Below, piece after piece: positions 1 through 11,628 of a stretch of DNA of 64,000 nt (its first letter is position 1; every line of letters starts with the position of its first letter). The stretch is from Candidatus Binatia bacterium. GTDB lineage: Bacteria; Desulfobacterota; Binatia; UBA9968. The position numbers and the translations under genes are program-made. The stretch lies in contig DASYUV010000252.1 of NCBI GenBank assembly GCA_036000865.1, positions 623 to 64,622 of the forward strand. Reading direction: 5' to 3'. Under the pieces are notes generated by a model that had not been told where the DNA came from, did no database searches, and saw only the letters and a program-made list of their open reading frames with translations.

Positions 1-1
1 C

Positions 2-412
2 AGCTTTGCCGTTGAGGCGGGGCCGCTCTTACCCTCAACGAACAGAGAAGAAAACAGATTTGGCTTCGAAGCGAGCGGGATACTGAGTGGAAAGTTAGAC
101 CCGTTGACTTATCATGTGAACTTCGGCGGAGGTGTAGATAGAGCGAAGACTAATCCTTTTATCGTCTGGGGAGTGATTGCGGAGCTGCCCATCACCCCAA
201 AACTGAGGTTGGTGGGGGAAATCAACGGGGAGAGCGTTAGAGGAAACCCTCCCGATAATTCTGCTCTCGTTGGCTTTATCTGGAAGTCGCCGCTATCCAA
301 CCTCTCCATCGACGCGGGAATTCGGAGGGGTATTAGCGCTGCAGCACCCGATTGGATGTTTACAACGGGTTTGACTTTTAGCTTCTCTCTGGCAACTATC
401 CCACACAACTAA
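2..412 (+). CDS. Outer-membrane beta-barrel protein, C-terminal part (5' end lies outside the window)
   Basis: The frame is open from nt 2 with no stop before 412. It shows an alternating hydrophobic strand pattern and an aromatic-rich C-terminus (GLTFSFSL...) typical of OM beta-barrels. No finer family call is possible by eye. Confidence 0.45.
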   Translation, partial: SFAVEAGPLLPSTNREENRFGFEASGILSGKLDPLTYHVNFGGGVDRAKTNPFIVWGVIAELPITPKLRLVGEINGESVRGNPPDNSALVGFIWKSPLSNLSIDAGIRRGISAAAPDWMFTTGLTFSFSLATIPHN

Positions 413-523
413 CTGACACGCACCACGGCATTTCATTTGACTGCTGGACAAGGCACAATCGCGGTGAGTAAAATAAAAATTGTCGCAACTTACGCAGAAT
501 GGTCGGGAGGCAATTTAAATCTC

Positions 524-1513
524 ATGCTTAAAGTCATACCCGTAGAAGAAGCGGTCGGATTACCGCTTGCTCATGACATCACCGAAATCGTACCCGGCAA
601 GCACAAAGGGCCGGCGTTTCGCCGCGGCCACATTGTGCGCCAGGAAGATATCTCGAAGCTCTTGGATGTCGGCAAGCGCAATCTCTATGTGATGGAATTG
701 GAAAACGACGAATTGCACGAAGAAGACGCGGCGCGACGACTTGCCATGGCCGCTGCGGGAGCCAATTTGAAATTAACCGATCCGAGCGAAGGACGAATCA
801 ATTTGGTCGCGGAGATTTCCGGGTTGCTAAAGGTCGACGCCGATCTGCTCTATCGCTTCAATTCCTTGGGCGACTTGATGCTGGCGACACTTCCAGGAAA
901 TCGCTATGTGAAGGTAGGCACAGTTGTGGCTGGTACAAGAACAATTCCAGTTGTGGTTAAACAAGAACTAGTCCAAAAGGCCGAGGCGCTCTGCAAGGAT
1001 CATCCGATCGTTACGATCGCGCCGATGCCGTCACGCAACATTCATTTGATCGTAACCGGCAGTGAGGTTTTTTCTGGACGGATCAAAGATGGCTTCGGCC
1101 CGGTGGTCACGCGAAAAGTTAGCGAGATGGGATCTACGGTTGAATCGGTAAAGCTTGCGCCCGATGATCCGGACGTGATCGCCGGCGATATTAAAGAGGC
1201 GAAGCAGGCGGGCGCCGACATGATTCTTGTTAGTGGAGGCATGTCGGTGGATCCTGACGATAAATCGCCGGAAGGCATTCGCAGAAGCGGCGCCAAGATC
1301 GAGTCGCACGGGTTTCCGGTGTTGCCGGGCTCGATGTTCGTGATGGCATACTTAGAAGAGACTCCGGTCTTGGGCCTTTCCGGTTGCGTGCTGCATGACC
1401 CGTTCACCGCCTTTGACATGTTATTGCCCCGTTTACTGGCGGGTGAAAAAATTAGCCGCGCGGATATCATGGCGATGGGGCACGGCGGCTTGCAGCGAAA
1501 ACACGACCATTGA
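524..1513 (+). CDS. Molybdopterin-binding (MoCF-biosynthesis/MoeA-like) domain protein
   Basis: The track ORF is 437-1513. An ATG at 524 follows GGGAGG (505-510). The C-terminal DMILVSGGMSVDPDD motif resembles a molybdopterin-binding domain. Confidence 0.6.
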   Translation: MLKVIPVEEAVGLPLAHDITEIVPGKHKGPAFRRGHIVRQEDISKLLDVGKRNLYVMELENDELHEEDAARRLAMAAAGANLKLTDPSEGRINLVAEISGLLKVDADLLYRFNSLGDLMLATLPGNRYVKVGTVVAGTRTIPVVVKQELVQKAEALCKDHPIVTIAPMPSRNIHLIVTGSEVFSGRIKDGFGPVVTRKVSEMGSTVESVKLAPDDPDVIAGDIKEAKQAGADMILVSGGMSVDPDDKSPEGIRRSGAKIESHGFPVLPGSMFVMAYLEETPVLGLSGCVLHDPFTAFDMLLPRLLAGEKISRADIMAMGHGGLQRKHDH

Positions 1514-1539
1514 CGGAAAGAGAGGATGGAAGATAGAGT

Positions 1540-1561
1540 ATCGAGGATCGTCATCCTCGAT
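1540..1561 (+). terminator. Intergenic stem-loop (possible terminator or attenuator)
   Basis: Perfect 9-bp stem ATCGAGGAT/ATCCTCGAT with a 4-nt loop, 27 nt after the upstream stop. There is no clean T-tract, so the function is uncertain. Confidence 0.3.
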
Positions 1562-1600
1562 CTTCAATCCTCAATCCTCGGTTTTGGAAGGGAAAGAGCT

Positions 1601-2251
1601 ATGGACATCTTGCGAACTCTCAAAGAGCGGTGTGATCCCAAGTATGCGGCGCTAGTCGTCGTTGATGTGCAAAATGACTTTGTCAGCCCGGAAGGGAGCG
1701 CCGGCAAACGCGGCGAGAACGTTGGAGCCGCGATGGCGATGGTGCCGAATCTGCTTCGACTCATCGACCAAGCGCGCCGGGTCGGGCTCACAATCGTCTA
1801 CATTCGGACCACGCATAGCGAATGGACGGACACACCATCGTGGATCTATCGCACGTCCCAAAAAGGCGGTTTGAGTACCTGCCGCGAAGGAACCTGGGGC
1901 GCGGAACTTTACACGGGGATTTCACCGTTGCCGACTGAACGCGTGGTGATCAAGCACCGCTACAGCGCATTTATCAACACTGATCTCAATACGGTGCTCA
2001 AAGCGCGCAATATCCAGAGCGTGCTCGTATGCGGCGTGGCGACCAACGTTTGCGTCGAAACCACGGCGCGTGACGGCTACATGTTCGATTACTACGTCAC
2101 TATGATCGACGACTGCTCGGCAGCCTACGAAGCCAAATTGCATTTGGGCACATTGGAGAATATGCGGCGGCACTTTGGCCTGGTGGCGTCGTCGAAAGAG
2201 ATCATCGACACCTGGCAAGAGCTGCCGACTAAACAAGCGGCGGGCCTGTAA
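1601..2251 (+). CDS. Isochorismatase-family cysteine hydrolase
   Basis: ATG at 1601 follows GGAAGGGA. It carries the AALVVVDVQNDF N-terminal motif and the VCGVATNVCVETTARD catalytic-Cys motif. Confidence 0.8.
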   Translation: MDILRTLKERCDPKYAALVVVDVQNDFVSPEGSAGKRGENVGAAMAMVPNLLRLIDQARRVGLTIVYIRTTHSEWTDTPSWIYRTSQKGGLSTCREGTWGAELYTGISPLPTERVVIKHRYSAFINTDLNTVLKARNIQSVLVCGVATNVCVETTARDGYMFDYYVTMIDDCSAAYEAKLHLGTLENMRRHFGLVASSKEIIDTWQELPTKQAAGL

Positions 2252-2287
2252 GGTCCGGTCAAAGAATTTTAACGGTTCAAATGCAAA

Positions 2288-2320
2288 GGCCTGGCAGGAG
2301 ATTCCTGCCAGGCCTTTTTT
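2288..2320. terminator. Bidirectional rho-independent terminator
   Basis: GGCCTGGCAGG-AGATT-CCTGCCAGGCC stem-loop followed by TTTTTT, lying between convergent genes. Confidence 0.7.
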
Positions 2321-2349
2321 CGTTTTACCGAAATGCTTGTCAGTGAAAT

Positions 2350-3378
2350 TTATTTCATCAAATCCGCGTTAATTCTTTCCAGCGCTTCGAGCGGCGGCTG
2401 CAGATCGGCTTGGCCGAGTTCCGAAAGCGGGATGTCGCATAGATTCAGTTCTTCGGCGAACTCTTTGCGGTTGGAATTGTAGTAAATCAAGCCGGTTAAG
2501 AACTTGCCTTCGGCGATGGCGCCGTGGATCGTCTGGATCGCTTGGAGTTTGTTGGTCGGATCGTAATCCGTGCCGAGCTTGTGCAAAATGATGCGTGAGC
2601 CGTCGTGCATTTCGACTTCATGATCCGTCCCTTCATCGTAATCCGCTTCGATGTTTTCATAAGGCGGGATGAAGTCGAGGTCATGGATCGGGTCAAGATG
2701 GCCTTTGACATACTTCAAACTCTTGGTCGAACCTTCGTGATTGTTAAACGTCACGCAGGGACTGATGACGTCCAAGATTGCGCTGCCTTTGTGCGCCAAA
2801 GCGCCCTGGACGAGCGGCGTGAGCTGTTTGCGGTCGCCGGAGAAACTCCGCGCCACATAGGTAGCGCCGAGCGTGATTGCCAACTCGGCTAGATCGATCG
2901 CCGGGATATCATTGACCTTGCCGCCCTTCATGACCGAGCCGACGTCGGCCGTCGCGGAAAACTGGCCTTTGGTCAAGCCGTAAACGCCATTGTTCTCGAT
3001 GATGTAAGTGATGTTTACGTTACGCCGCATCATGTGACAGAAATTACCCAGACCGATGGCTGAGGTATCACCGTCGCCGGATACTCCGATCGGGAGCAAC
3101 GTATGGTTCGCTAAATTGGCGCCGGTGGCTACGGCTGACATCCTGCCGTGCACGGCATTGAAGCCGAACGATTGGCTTAAAAAATAAGCCGGAGTTTTGG
3201 AAGAACAGCCGATGCCGCTCAGTTTAACCACCTTGCGCGGATCGATGCTGCTCTCGAAATAGGCCCGCTGGACCGAGGCCGATATCGCGTCGTGGCCGCA
3301 ACCGCGGCACATGGTCGACGGCGCGCCGTCATAGTCTTTTTCCGATAAATTGATTCGATTGAGTTTTGTTTCTGCCAT
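2350..3378 (-). CDS. korB: 2-oxoacid:ferredoxin oxidoreductase, beta (ThDP-binding) subunit
   Basis: CRGCGHD near the N-terminus and GDGD...IIENNGVYGLTKGQ ThDP motifs. It lies 14 nt downstream of the alpha subunit. Confidence 0.85.
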   Translation of the reverse strand: MAETKLNRINLSEKDYDGAPSTMCRGCGHDAISASVQRAYFESSIDPRKVVKLSGIGCSSKTPAYFLSQSFGFNAVHGRMSAVATGANLANHTLLPIGVSGDGDTSAIGLGNFCHMMRRNVNITYIIENNGVYGLTKGQFSATADVGSVMKGGKVNDIPAIDLAELAITLGATYVARSFSGDRKQLTPLVQGALAHKGSAILDVISPCVTFNNHEGSTKSLKYVKGHLDPIHDLDFIPPYENIEADYDEGTDHEVEMHDGSRIILHKLGTDYDPTNKLQAIQTIHGAIAEGKFLTGLIYYNSNRKEFAEELNLCDIPLSELGQADLQPPLEALERINADLMK

Positions 3379-3392
3379 GTTTTATTCCGTCC

Positions 3393-5213
3393 TTATGCGG
3401 TTTTCGCTGACTGGGCTGCGGCGAAAATTTGATTGACGACTTCAAGCGGCGTCGCCGGTAACCCGTTGTAGATCAATACGCTGACGATCTTAGCGCCGAG
3501 TTCGGGCCAATCATCCTTGATGATGGCCGCCATCTGACCGTCGCGGTTTTGTTCCACGAAGTAAATCGTGTCGTGCTCGGCGAGAAAATCCCGGACTTCG
3601 CTCGTCAGCGGTAATGCGCGAATCAGCATGTGGTTGGTTCTCAGTCCCCGAGCTTTCAATCTGTCGCGCGCTTCACGGACCGGCTCGAAACTCGAGCCGT
3701 AACAGATGATACCGGTCTTTACCCCTCTTTCCCTTTCGATGATCGGTTTGGGAACGAATTTTCGCGCGGTTTCGAACTTTTTGCGCAGGCGATCAAGAAT
3801 GTATTTGTAGTCGTGTTCGTCTTCTGAATATCTCGCATCGGCGTCGTGGCCCGACCCGCGGGTGAAATAGGAGGCCAAGCGGTGTTCATTACCAGGAACG
3901 GTGCGATACGGAATGCCGTCGCCGTCTTGATCGAAGTAGCGGCGAAATTTCTTGCCGGCTTTGGTCCATTCTTCGAGATTCTGTGCGCTCAGCCGTTTGC
4001 CGTAGTCGTAGGCATCCTGATTCAACTTGAGCGGCTCCGAGGACCACATGTTCATGCCGAGGTCGAGGTCCATCGCCACGAACACCGGAGTTTGGAACCG
4101 GTCGGCATAGTCGAAGCTTTGGCGCGCCAGATCAAAACAAGAATTCATGTCATGGGGAATTAAAATGATATGTCGGGTATCACCGTGCGAGGCGCCGTAC
4201 ATGAGCGAGATATCGGCCTGCTGGGTTCGAGTCGGCAGACCAGTCGATGGACCGCCACGTTGAATAATGAAGAAGACAGAAGGGATTTCAGCGTAATAGG
4301 CGAGGCCAATCGACTCGTTCATGAGCGAGACTCCGGGCCCCGAAGTAGAAGTCATGGCGCGCGCACCGGCCCAGCCGGCGCCAACGACCATTCCCACGGA
4401 GGCGATCTCATCTTCGGCCTGGACAATGGCGTAGGTCTTCTTGCCGTTTTTGGGCTTGCGCAGTCTGGGTAGGTAGTACTCCATGGCTTCCGCCAGTGAA
4501 CTCGAAGGCGTTATGGGATACCAGCAAATCACCGAAGCGCCGCCGTAGATCGCACCAAGTGCCGCAGCGGTATTGCCTTCGGTAATGATTTTGCCTTTAT
4601 TGCCGTCGGGAATCGGCTCGAGTCTGGCGATATTTTGTTTGTAATTTTGATCCTTGCAGTACTGGTAACCGGCATCGATACAGATCAGATTGGACTCGAT
4701 GACGGCCGGCTTCTTGCCAAAAGTATCTTCCAGGACCGCCTTGATAACCGCCATATCAATACCAAAAAGATAAGCTAAGGCGCCGACGTAAACCATATTC
4801 CGTTGTTTGGCTCGGAGCGGTGAAGCCGGTACGAGCTTAGACACTAGCTTGTTGGCTGGAAAACCAATGTATTGAACACCATCGCGCTTAGAACTGGCGC
4901 CTAGGGGCGTGGAATCATCGTATAAAATCACGCCGCCGTCGCGCACGCGATAGATGTCCTTCGCCGCCGTCTCCTCATTGAACATCACCATTACATCGAT
5001 GACATCTTTGCGGCTCAGGTAGCCGTCGGCGCAGGCGCGAATTTGATACCAGGTCGGCAACCCCTGAATGTTTGACGGGAACATGTTCTTCGACGAACAG
5101 GGAATGCCCATCTTAAAGATCGCCTTGAAGAGAATATTGTTCGATGAAGCGCTGCCCGAACCATTTTCGGTGGCAACGCAGATATTGAGATCATTGATCA
5201 ACGGTGTGTCCAA
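3393..5213 (-). CDS. korA: 2-oxoacid:ferredoxin (acceptor) oxidoreductase, alpha subunit (fused gamma/alpha type)
   Basis: 606-aa ORF with the typical KorA N-terminus (NGSGSASSNNILFKA...), in an operon with the beta subunit. Confidence 0.85.
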   Translation of the reverse strand: MDTPLINDLNICVATENGSGSASSNNILFKAIFKMGIPCSSKNMFPSNIQGLPTWYQIRACADGYLSRKDVIDVMVMFNEETAAKDIYRVRDGGVILYDDSTPLGASSKRDGVQYIGFPANKLVSKLVPASPLRAKQRNMVYVGALAYLFGIDMAVIKAVLEDTFGKKPAVIESNLICIDAGYQYCKDQNYKQNIARLEPIPDGNKGKIITEGNTAAALGAIYGGASVICWYPITPSSSLAEAMEYYLPRLRKPKNGKKTYAIVQAEDEIASVGMVVGAGWAGARAMTSTSGPGVSLMNESIGLAYYAEIPSVFFIIQRGGPSTGLPTRTQQADISLMYGASHGDTRHIILIPHDMNSCFDLARQSFDYADRFQTPVFVAMDLDLGMNMWSSEPLKLNQDAYDYGKRLSAQNLEEWTKAGKKFRRYFDQDGDGIPYRTVPGNEHRLASYFTRGSGHDADARYSEDEHDYKYILDRLRKKFETARKFVPKPIIERERGVKTGIICYGSSFEPVREARDRLKARGLRTNHMLIRALPLTSEVRDFLAEHDTIYFVEQNRDGQMAAIIKDDWPELGAKIVSVLIYNGLPATPLEVVNQIFAAAQSAKTA

Positions 5214-5290
5214 AACACAACCTCCTTGGAGCTTTTTGGCAACTCTCCAATTTTAACATACAAGCTCTGAAAGACAATGGTTTTACTTCG

Positions 5291-6151
5291 TTAACCGGGC
5301 GTATACTGATCTTCGGTGTCAAGATATTCGGCCACCTCTTTCCAAGTGCGGCGAACCTGTTCGTCGACGTTAAACGCCTGAGCATACTGAAGTATTTCCG
5401 GCATGGACACGATTCCGGTGAGTTCGCCGCCGTCCCCGCTGACCGGCATGTTTCTGATATCGCGGCGCGACATTTCAACCAAGACGTCGCCGACTAAAGC
5501 CGATTGCGGCATAGTAATGACCGGTGCCGTCATCACTTGACTAATTGGGGTTTGCTTAACGTTGATTTCCTTAGTGGCTACCCGTTTGAGCACGTCACGC
5601 TCGGTGAAAATACCGCTCGGTTTGCCGGCAGCAGTCACGACCACGGCGCTCACGCTCTTTGTGTTCATGAGCTCAATGGTTTCATGGATCATGGCCGACT
5701 GATCGACTGATACAATGGCTGGCGCCGCTATGTCGCCTAGTGTTTTTGTTTCGTTCAGCCCTTGGCCAAGTTCCACCGCAAGATTGAGAATGCGCCGCAT
5801 GGAGACGATGCCAACGATTTTCCCTCGCCGACCGCGCACCAATAGATGGCGGTATTTGCCTCGATACATTTTGCCGAAGGCGTCGACAATATGGGTTTCC
5901 TCGCGGACCGCCCGAGCGGGCGTCGTCATAACGTTTTTTATAGCGGCCTTTCTGGGCTCGATCTTAGCGTTGACAACTCGTTTCAAGACATCTTTCTCGG
6001 TGAAGATCCCGACTGGAATATCGTCATCCGTAATGATGACTCGCCCGACGTCCTCTGCGACCATCATTTCCATCACCTCGAAAATCGTCGAAGAGACGGG
6101 CGCTTTCGTAAGATTGGTCGTCATGATCTCGCTGACTTTATTGGAAAGCAT
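5291..6151 (-). CDS. CBS-domain protein (four tandem CBS motifs)
   Basis: Repeated V..IMT...V........A...M.......LPV...G...GI.T..D pattern, present four times. Confidence 0.8.
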   Translation of the reverse strand: MLSNKVSEIMTTNLTKAPVSSTIFEVMEMMVAEDVGRVIITDDDIPVGIFTEKDVLKRVVNAKIEPRKAAIKNVMTTPARAVREETHIVDAFGKMYRGKYRHLLVRGRRGKIVGIVSMRRILNLAVELGQGLNETKTLGDIAAPAIVSVDQSAMIHETIELMNTKSVSAVVVTAAGKPSGIFTERDVLKRVATKEINVKQTPISQVMTAPVITMPQSALVGDVLVEMSRRDIRNMPVSGDGGELTGIVSMPEILQYAQAFNVDEQVRRTWKEVAEYLDTEDQYTPG

Positions 6152-6345
6152 AAGATACCTCCTGAGGGTCCGTCGGCGTTTCGAAAGGAGCTTTGCAGTT
6201 CCGGTGCTATCGACACTCCTATTATACCACCAACTCGGCTACCCGCTACAACAATAAGACGCGATCGGAGGGCAGGGCGAAACGATTGCGACCCGGTGCG
6301 CCGGCATGTTAGATTTAATTTTGTCGCAGCGAGAGAAGGTCGGTC

Positions 6346-6660
6346 ATGAGCCGCAGGGAAACTGAATTTGATCACGGGCTGGTCACCGAAACCAAGAAAA
6401 AGTTAAAACGCCCGCCCCTCTATAAAGTTCTGTTACACAATGACGATTACACTACTAAAGAGTTTGTGGTACAAGTCCTGCAGTACGTCTTTCATAAAGA
6501 GCAAACTGAAGCCGTTCAAATCATGCTTCATGTACACAAGAAAGGCATCGGCGTAGCCGGCGTTTATACTTATGAGGTCGCCGAAACCAAGGTGGCGTTG
6601 GTTGAAAACCTGGCGCGCCAGCACGAATATCCCCTTAAGTGCACGATGGAAGAGGCTTAA
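6346..6660 (+). CDS. clpS: ATP-dependent Clp protease adaptor ClpS
   Basis: PPLYKVLLHNDDYTTKEFVV..L...F core. It lies immediately upstream of clpA. Confidence 0.92.
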   Translation: MSRRETEFDHGLVTETKKKLKRPPLYKVLLHNDDYTTKEFVVQVLQYVFHKEQTEAVQIMLHVHKKGIGVAGVYTYEVAETKVALVENLARQHEYPLKCTMEEA

Positions 6661-6666
6661 TTTGAG

Positions 6667-8931
<2,265 letters not shown>

Positions 8932-8988
8932 TCCCAACCCGTTCATCGCCCACAGCGTCTGCTCGAATCAAGTGGGCTTCTGGCGCAG

Positions 8989-10254
8989 ATGGAACAACTG
9001 ATCGTCGCGCTCTTCCTCGTCTTCTTCACGCTCGAATTCACCATCGAATTCGTCCTGAACGAACTGAATCTGCGGTACGTGCGCTCCCGTTCGGCCGAGA
9101 AAAAAATACCCGATTTTTTTCAAGGAAATATCAGTTCGGACGAGTACGAGAAATCCGTTCAATACACCCTCGCCAAAGGGCGATTCGAACGGTGGGCGGA
9201 GATCTATGGGCGGTGCCTATTGCTGGCCGTTTTGTTCAGCGGGCTGCTAGGCTGGCTGGAGCGATTCTCAGGTGGTCTAGCCCAGCGAACCTCATTAGGC
9301 ACGTATGGCCACGGGATTCTTTTTTGCCTAGCCGTCGGCTTGGCGTTTTCCATCACTAGTCTACCCATCAATCTCTATTCCACGTTCGGTCTTGAAACCA
9401 AGTTCGGCTTCAATAAGACAACTATCGGGCTTTACATCGCTGACAAGATCAAAGCGCTTATCCTCGGTCTCGTCATCGGCGTTCCCTTCCTTTTCGTGAT
9501 TCTTTGGCTGATGGACGTGATGGGGCGATATTGGTGGATTTGGGCGTTTGTTTTTATCAGCGGTTTTCAGCTCTTGATGATTGTCATTTTTCCGACGTTT
9601 ATCGCGCCTTGGTTCAATAAATACGAGCCCCTCAAAGAGGGCGAGTTCCGCGAGCGCATCTTAGCGCTCGCCGAGCGAATCGGATTCAAGACCAGCGGCA
9701 TCTATTCGATGGACGGATCGAAACGCTCCGCCCACTCAAATGCTTATTTCACCGGAATCGGCAAAGCTAAACGGATTGTCCTATTCGACACGTTGATCGA
9801 GCAGATGACCATCGATCAAGGGCTAGCGGTGCTCGCCCATGAGATGGGCCATTACAAAATGAAGCATATTCGGCGCATGCTCGTGGTCCAGACGGTTTTC
9901 CTTTTTTTCGGCCTTTACATTCTCAGCCTGCTGGTGGATTACCCGCCCTTGTTCGGCGCCTTTGGCTTAAGTCCGTCGAATCACGCCGCGCTTGTCCTGT
10001 TCAGTCTACTTTCCGGTCCGGCGACCTTTTACCTTCGGCCCTTGATCAATCTCCTATCGCGTAAACACGAATACGAGGCCGACTGTTTCGCCGCGCTCAC
10101 ATTGCGTGACGGCAAGCCTATGGAAGAAGCGTTGGTCAATTTGACGATCAAAAATCTTTCCAATCTCACACCGCATCCCTGGTACTCGGCCTATCACTAC
10201 TCGCACCCCACTCCGGTGGAACGGATTGAGGCGATTCGACAGTGCGCGGCGTAG
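8989..10254 (+). CDS. M48-family zinc metallopeptidase (Ste24/CAAX-protease-like, membrane bound)
   Basis: Several N-terminal TM helices and the HEMGH zinc motif. The C-terminal THP...RI motif is typical of Ste24-like M48A enzymes. Confidence 0.85.
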   Translation: MEQLIVALFLVFFTLEFTIEFVLNELNLRYVRSRSAEKKIPDFFQGNISSDEYEKSVQYTLAKGRFERWAEIYGRCLLLAVLFSGLLGWLERFSGGLAQRTSLGTYGHGILFCLAVGLAFSITSLPINLYSTFGLETKFGFNKTTIGLYIADKIKALILGLVIGVPFLFVILWLMDVMGRYWWIWAFVFISGFQLLMIVIFPTFIAPWFNKYEPLKEGEFRERILALAERIGFKTSGIYSMDGSKRSAHSNAYFTGIGKAKRIVLFDTLIEQMTIDQGLAVLAHEMGHYKMKHIRRMLVVQTVFLFFGLYILSLLVDYPPLFGAFGLSPSNHAALVLFSLLSGPATFYLRPLINLLSRKHEYEADCFAALTLRDGKPMEEALVNLTIKNLSNLTPHPWYSAYHYSHPTPVERIEAIRQCAA

Positions 10255-10291
10255 TTATCTCAGGTTTTTTGATTGTGTTTAGGCGAGAAAA

Positions 10292-10321
10292 AAATGGTCG
10301 GGGCGAGTGGATTTGAACCAC
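10292..10321. repeat. Distal att direct repeat (orphan 3' fragment of tRNA-Pro)
   Basis: AAATGGTCGGGGCGAGTGGATTTGAACCAC is identical to 57275-57304. Nt 10295-10321 equal the CCA, acceptor 3' strand, T-loop and part of the T-stem of the tRNA-Pro at 57278-57354. Confidence 0.85.
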
Positions 10322-10872
10322 GCCACGGGAAAAACGAGGAAATCTAAAAAGACATGAACTGCCGCGCAATTAGTGGTGAATCTGGGCGGCGGCGCGCCAT
10401 CTGACTCAATCCAAAAAGCCTCCTGTTTTACCCGTCAAATCCCATAAAAACCGAAACCGTTTCGGTATTATGAAAATGTAAGCGAAGTCAGCTCATCCAC
10501 CGAATCCCGACCCACTGATTACGAAAAACAACCAGCCTCTTTCGAATCTAGCTCAACTGGAGAAATTGCAGAAAAAACAGAGCGGTTGAACCCGAGACAT
10601 TCGTGTTGTTATGGTTCAGTCGGATTGGTGTGGAAACATGACGGAAACAGCGCAACCGTCAAACTAACCATGTGTCAGCATGGTCCTGTCCGCAAGATCA
10701 AATTCAACCGAGTCCTACGACCCCTCCCAGTGTCAATTTATCCCTCCTTCGCACCAGAATTTATCACCTTAACTTAGCAGGTCGTATGAAATTACGTTTA
10801 CCAGCATTCTCATTTTTTCTAGTTTTGCTTTTAGCTCGCGATTATAAACGTTTACCATGTTAGTTAAATCGT

Positions 10873-10900
10873 TTGGAAATGATTAGGTCCTTTGTATATA
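10873..10900 (+). promoter_or_regulatory. Candidate sigma70-type promoter for the beta-1 gene
   Basis: TTGGAA-N16-TATATA about 25 nt upstream of the GTG start at 10926. This is a pattern match only. Confidence 0.25.
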
Positions 10901-10925
10901 AAGTGGGGTCGGGAGGAGCTAATTT

Positions 10926-11549
10926 GTGAAGAGGCCAGAGTGTATTAAGATTTTAGATCGAAAGCTGGGCGACGATGTACTCGTCGTCACTCCGACGGGC
11001 AGGACTTACATGTACTGGGAAGCAACCGGGAGAGAAGCCCAGATCTCACAGGTGAATTTGGGTCTTTGCATGCCGGTGGGGCTGGGATTGGCTTTGGCGC
11101 TTCCCCACCGCAAAGTAGTGGTACTGGACGGCGACGGCAATCTGCTCTTCAATCTCGCCTCCCTTGCGGATGCTGCCGTTCAGAATCCTGGAAACCTGAT
11201 CGACATCGTCTTTGACAACGAATGCTATCAGTCTTGCGACGCTCTTCCGTCCGCCACCTCCAAAGGCGTGGACTTGGAGAGCGTCGCTAGGAGTTGCGGC
11301 ATCAAAAATACGGCGACGGTCAAGGAATCCGGCGCCTTCGAAGAAGTCCTCGACAAAACCCTCCTGGACAACAAGCTGGCCGTCATCGTAGTGAAGGTCG
11401 AGCCGGGCGAGGAAAACGTTCCGCTTCCCCAGCAAGAGGGTAGGGAAAACAAATACCGGTTCGTCAGGCATATCGAGAAGACGGAAAACATCCGCATCAT
11501 CAATCCCTATTCGCGCCGGCGAAAAAAAGATGTCCTTTCGCAAGTATAG
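10926..11549 (+). CDS. Split ThDP-dependent decarboxylase, beta (PP-domain) subunit, ComE/phosphonopyruvate-decarboxylase-like (beta-1)
   Basis: GTG start after GGGAGGAG. It has the ThDP-Mg motif LDGDGN-x24-FDNE and the family-specific tail NKYRFVRHIEKTEN. Confidence 0.75.
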   Translation: MKRPECIKILDRKLGDDVLVVTPTGRTYMYWEATGREAQISQVNLGLCMPVGLGLALALPHRKVVVLDGDGNLLFNLASLADAAVQNPGNLIDIVFDNECYQSCDALPSATSKGVDLESVARSCGIKNTATVKESGAFEEVLDKTLLDNKLAVIVVKVEPGEENVPLPQQEGRENKYRFVRHIEKTENIRIINPYSRRRKKDVLSQV

Positions 11550-11628
11550 TTATGAATCGGATTGCGGGCCGAAAAAATTATCATGCGCCGCGGACTGTCG
11601 AGCCGGCAAATCCCGATCCGTTTAGAAA

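Noticed and set aside
10295-10321. A second tRNA gene at the left island border
   Set aside because: Only 27 nt of the tRNA-Pro 3' end are present. No D arm, anticodon arm or 5' acceptor strand follows. It is an att-site remnant, not a gene.
10586-10863. Two overlapping 63-aa ORFs in the island-edge non-coding region
   Set aside because: There is no Shine-Dalgarno sequence. The composition is Cys/Pro/Ser-rich and odd, the two overlap each other in different frames, and neither resembles an excisionase or HTH protein.
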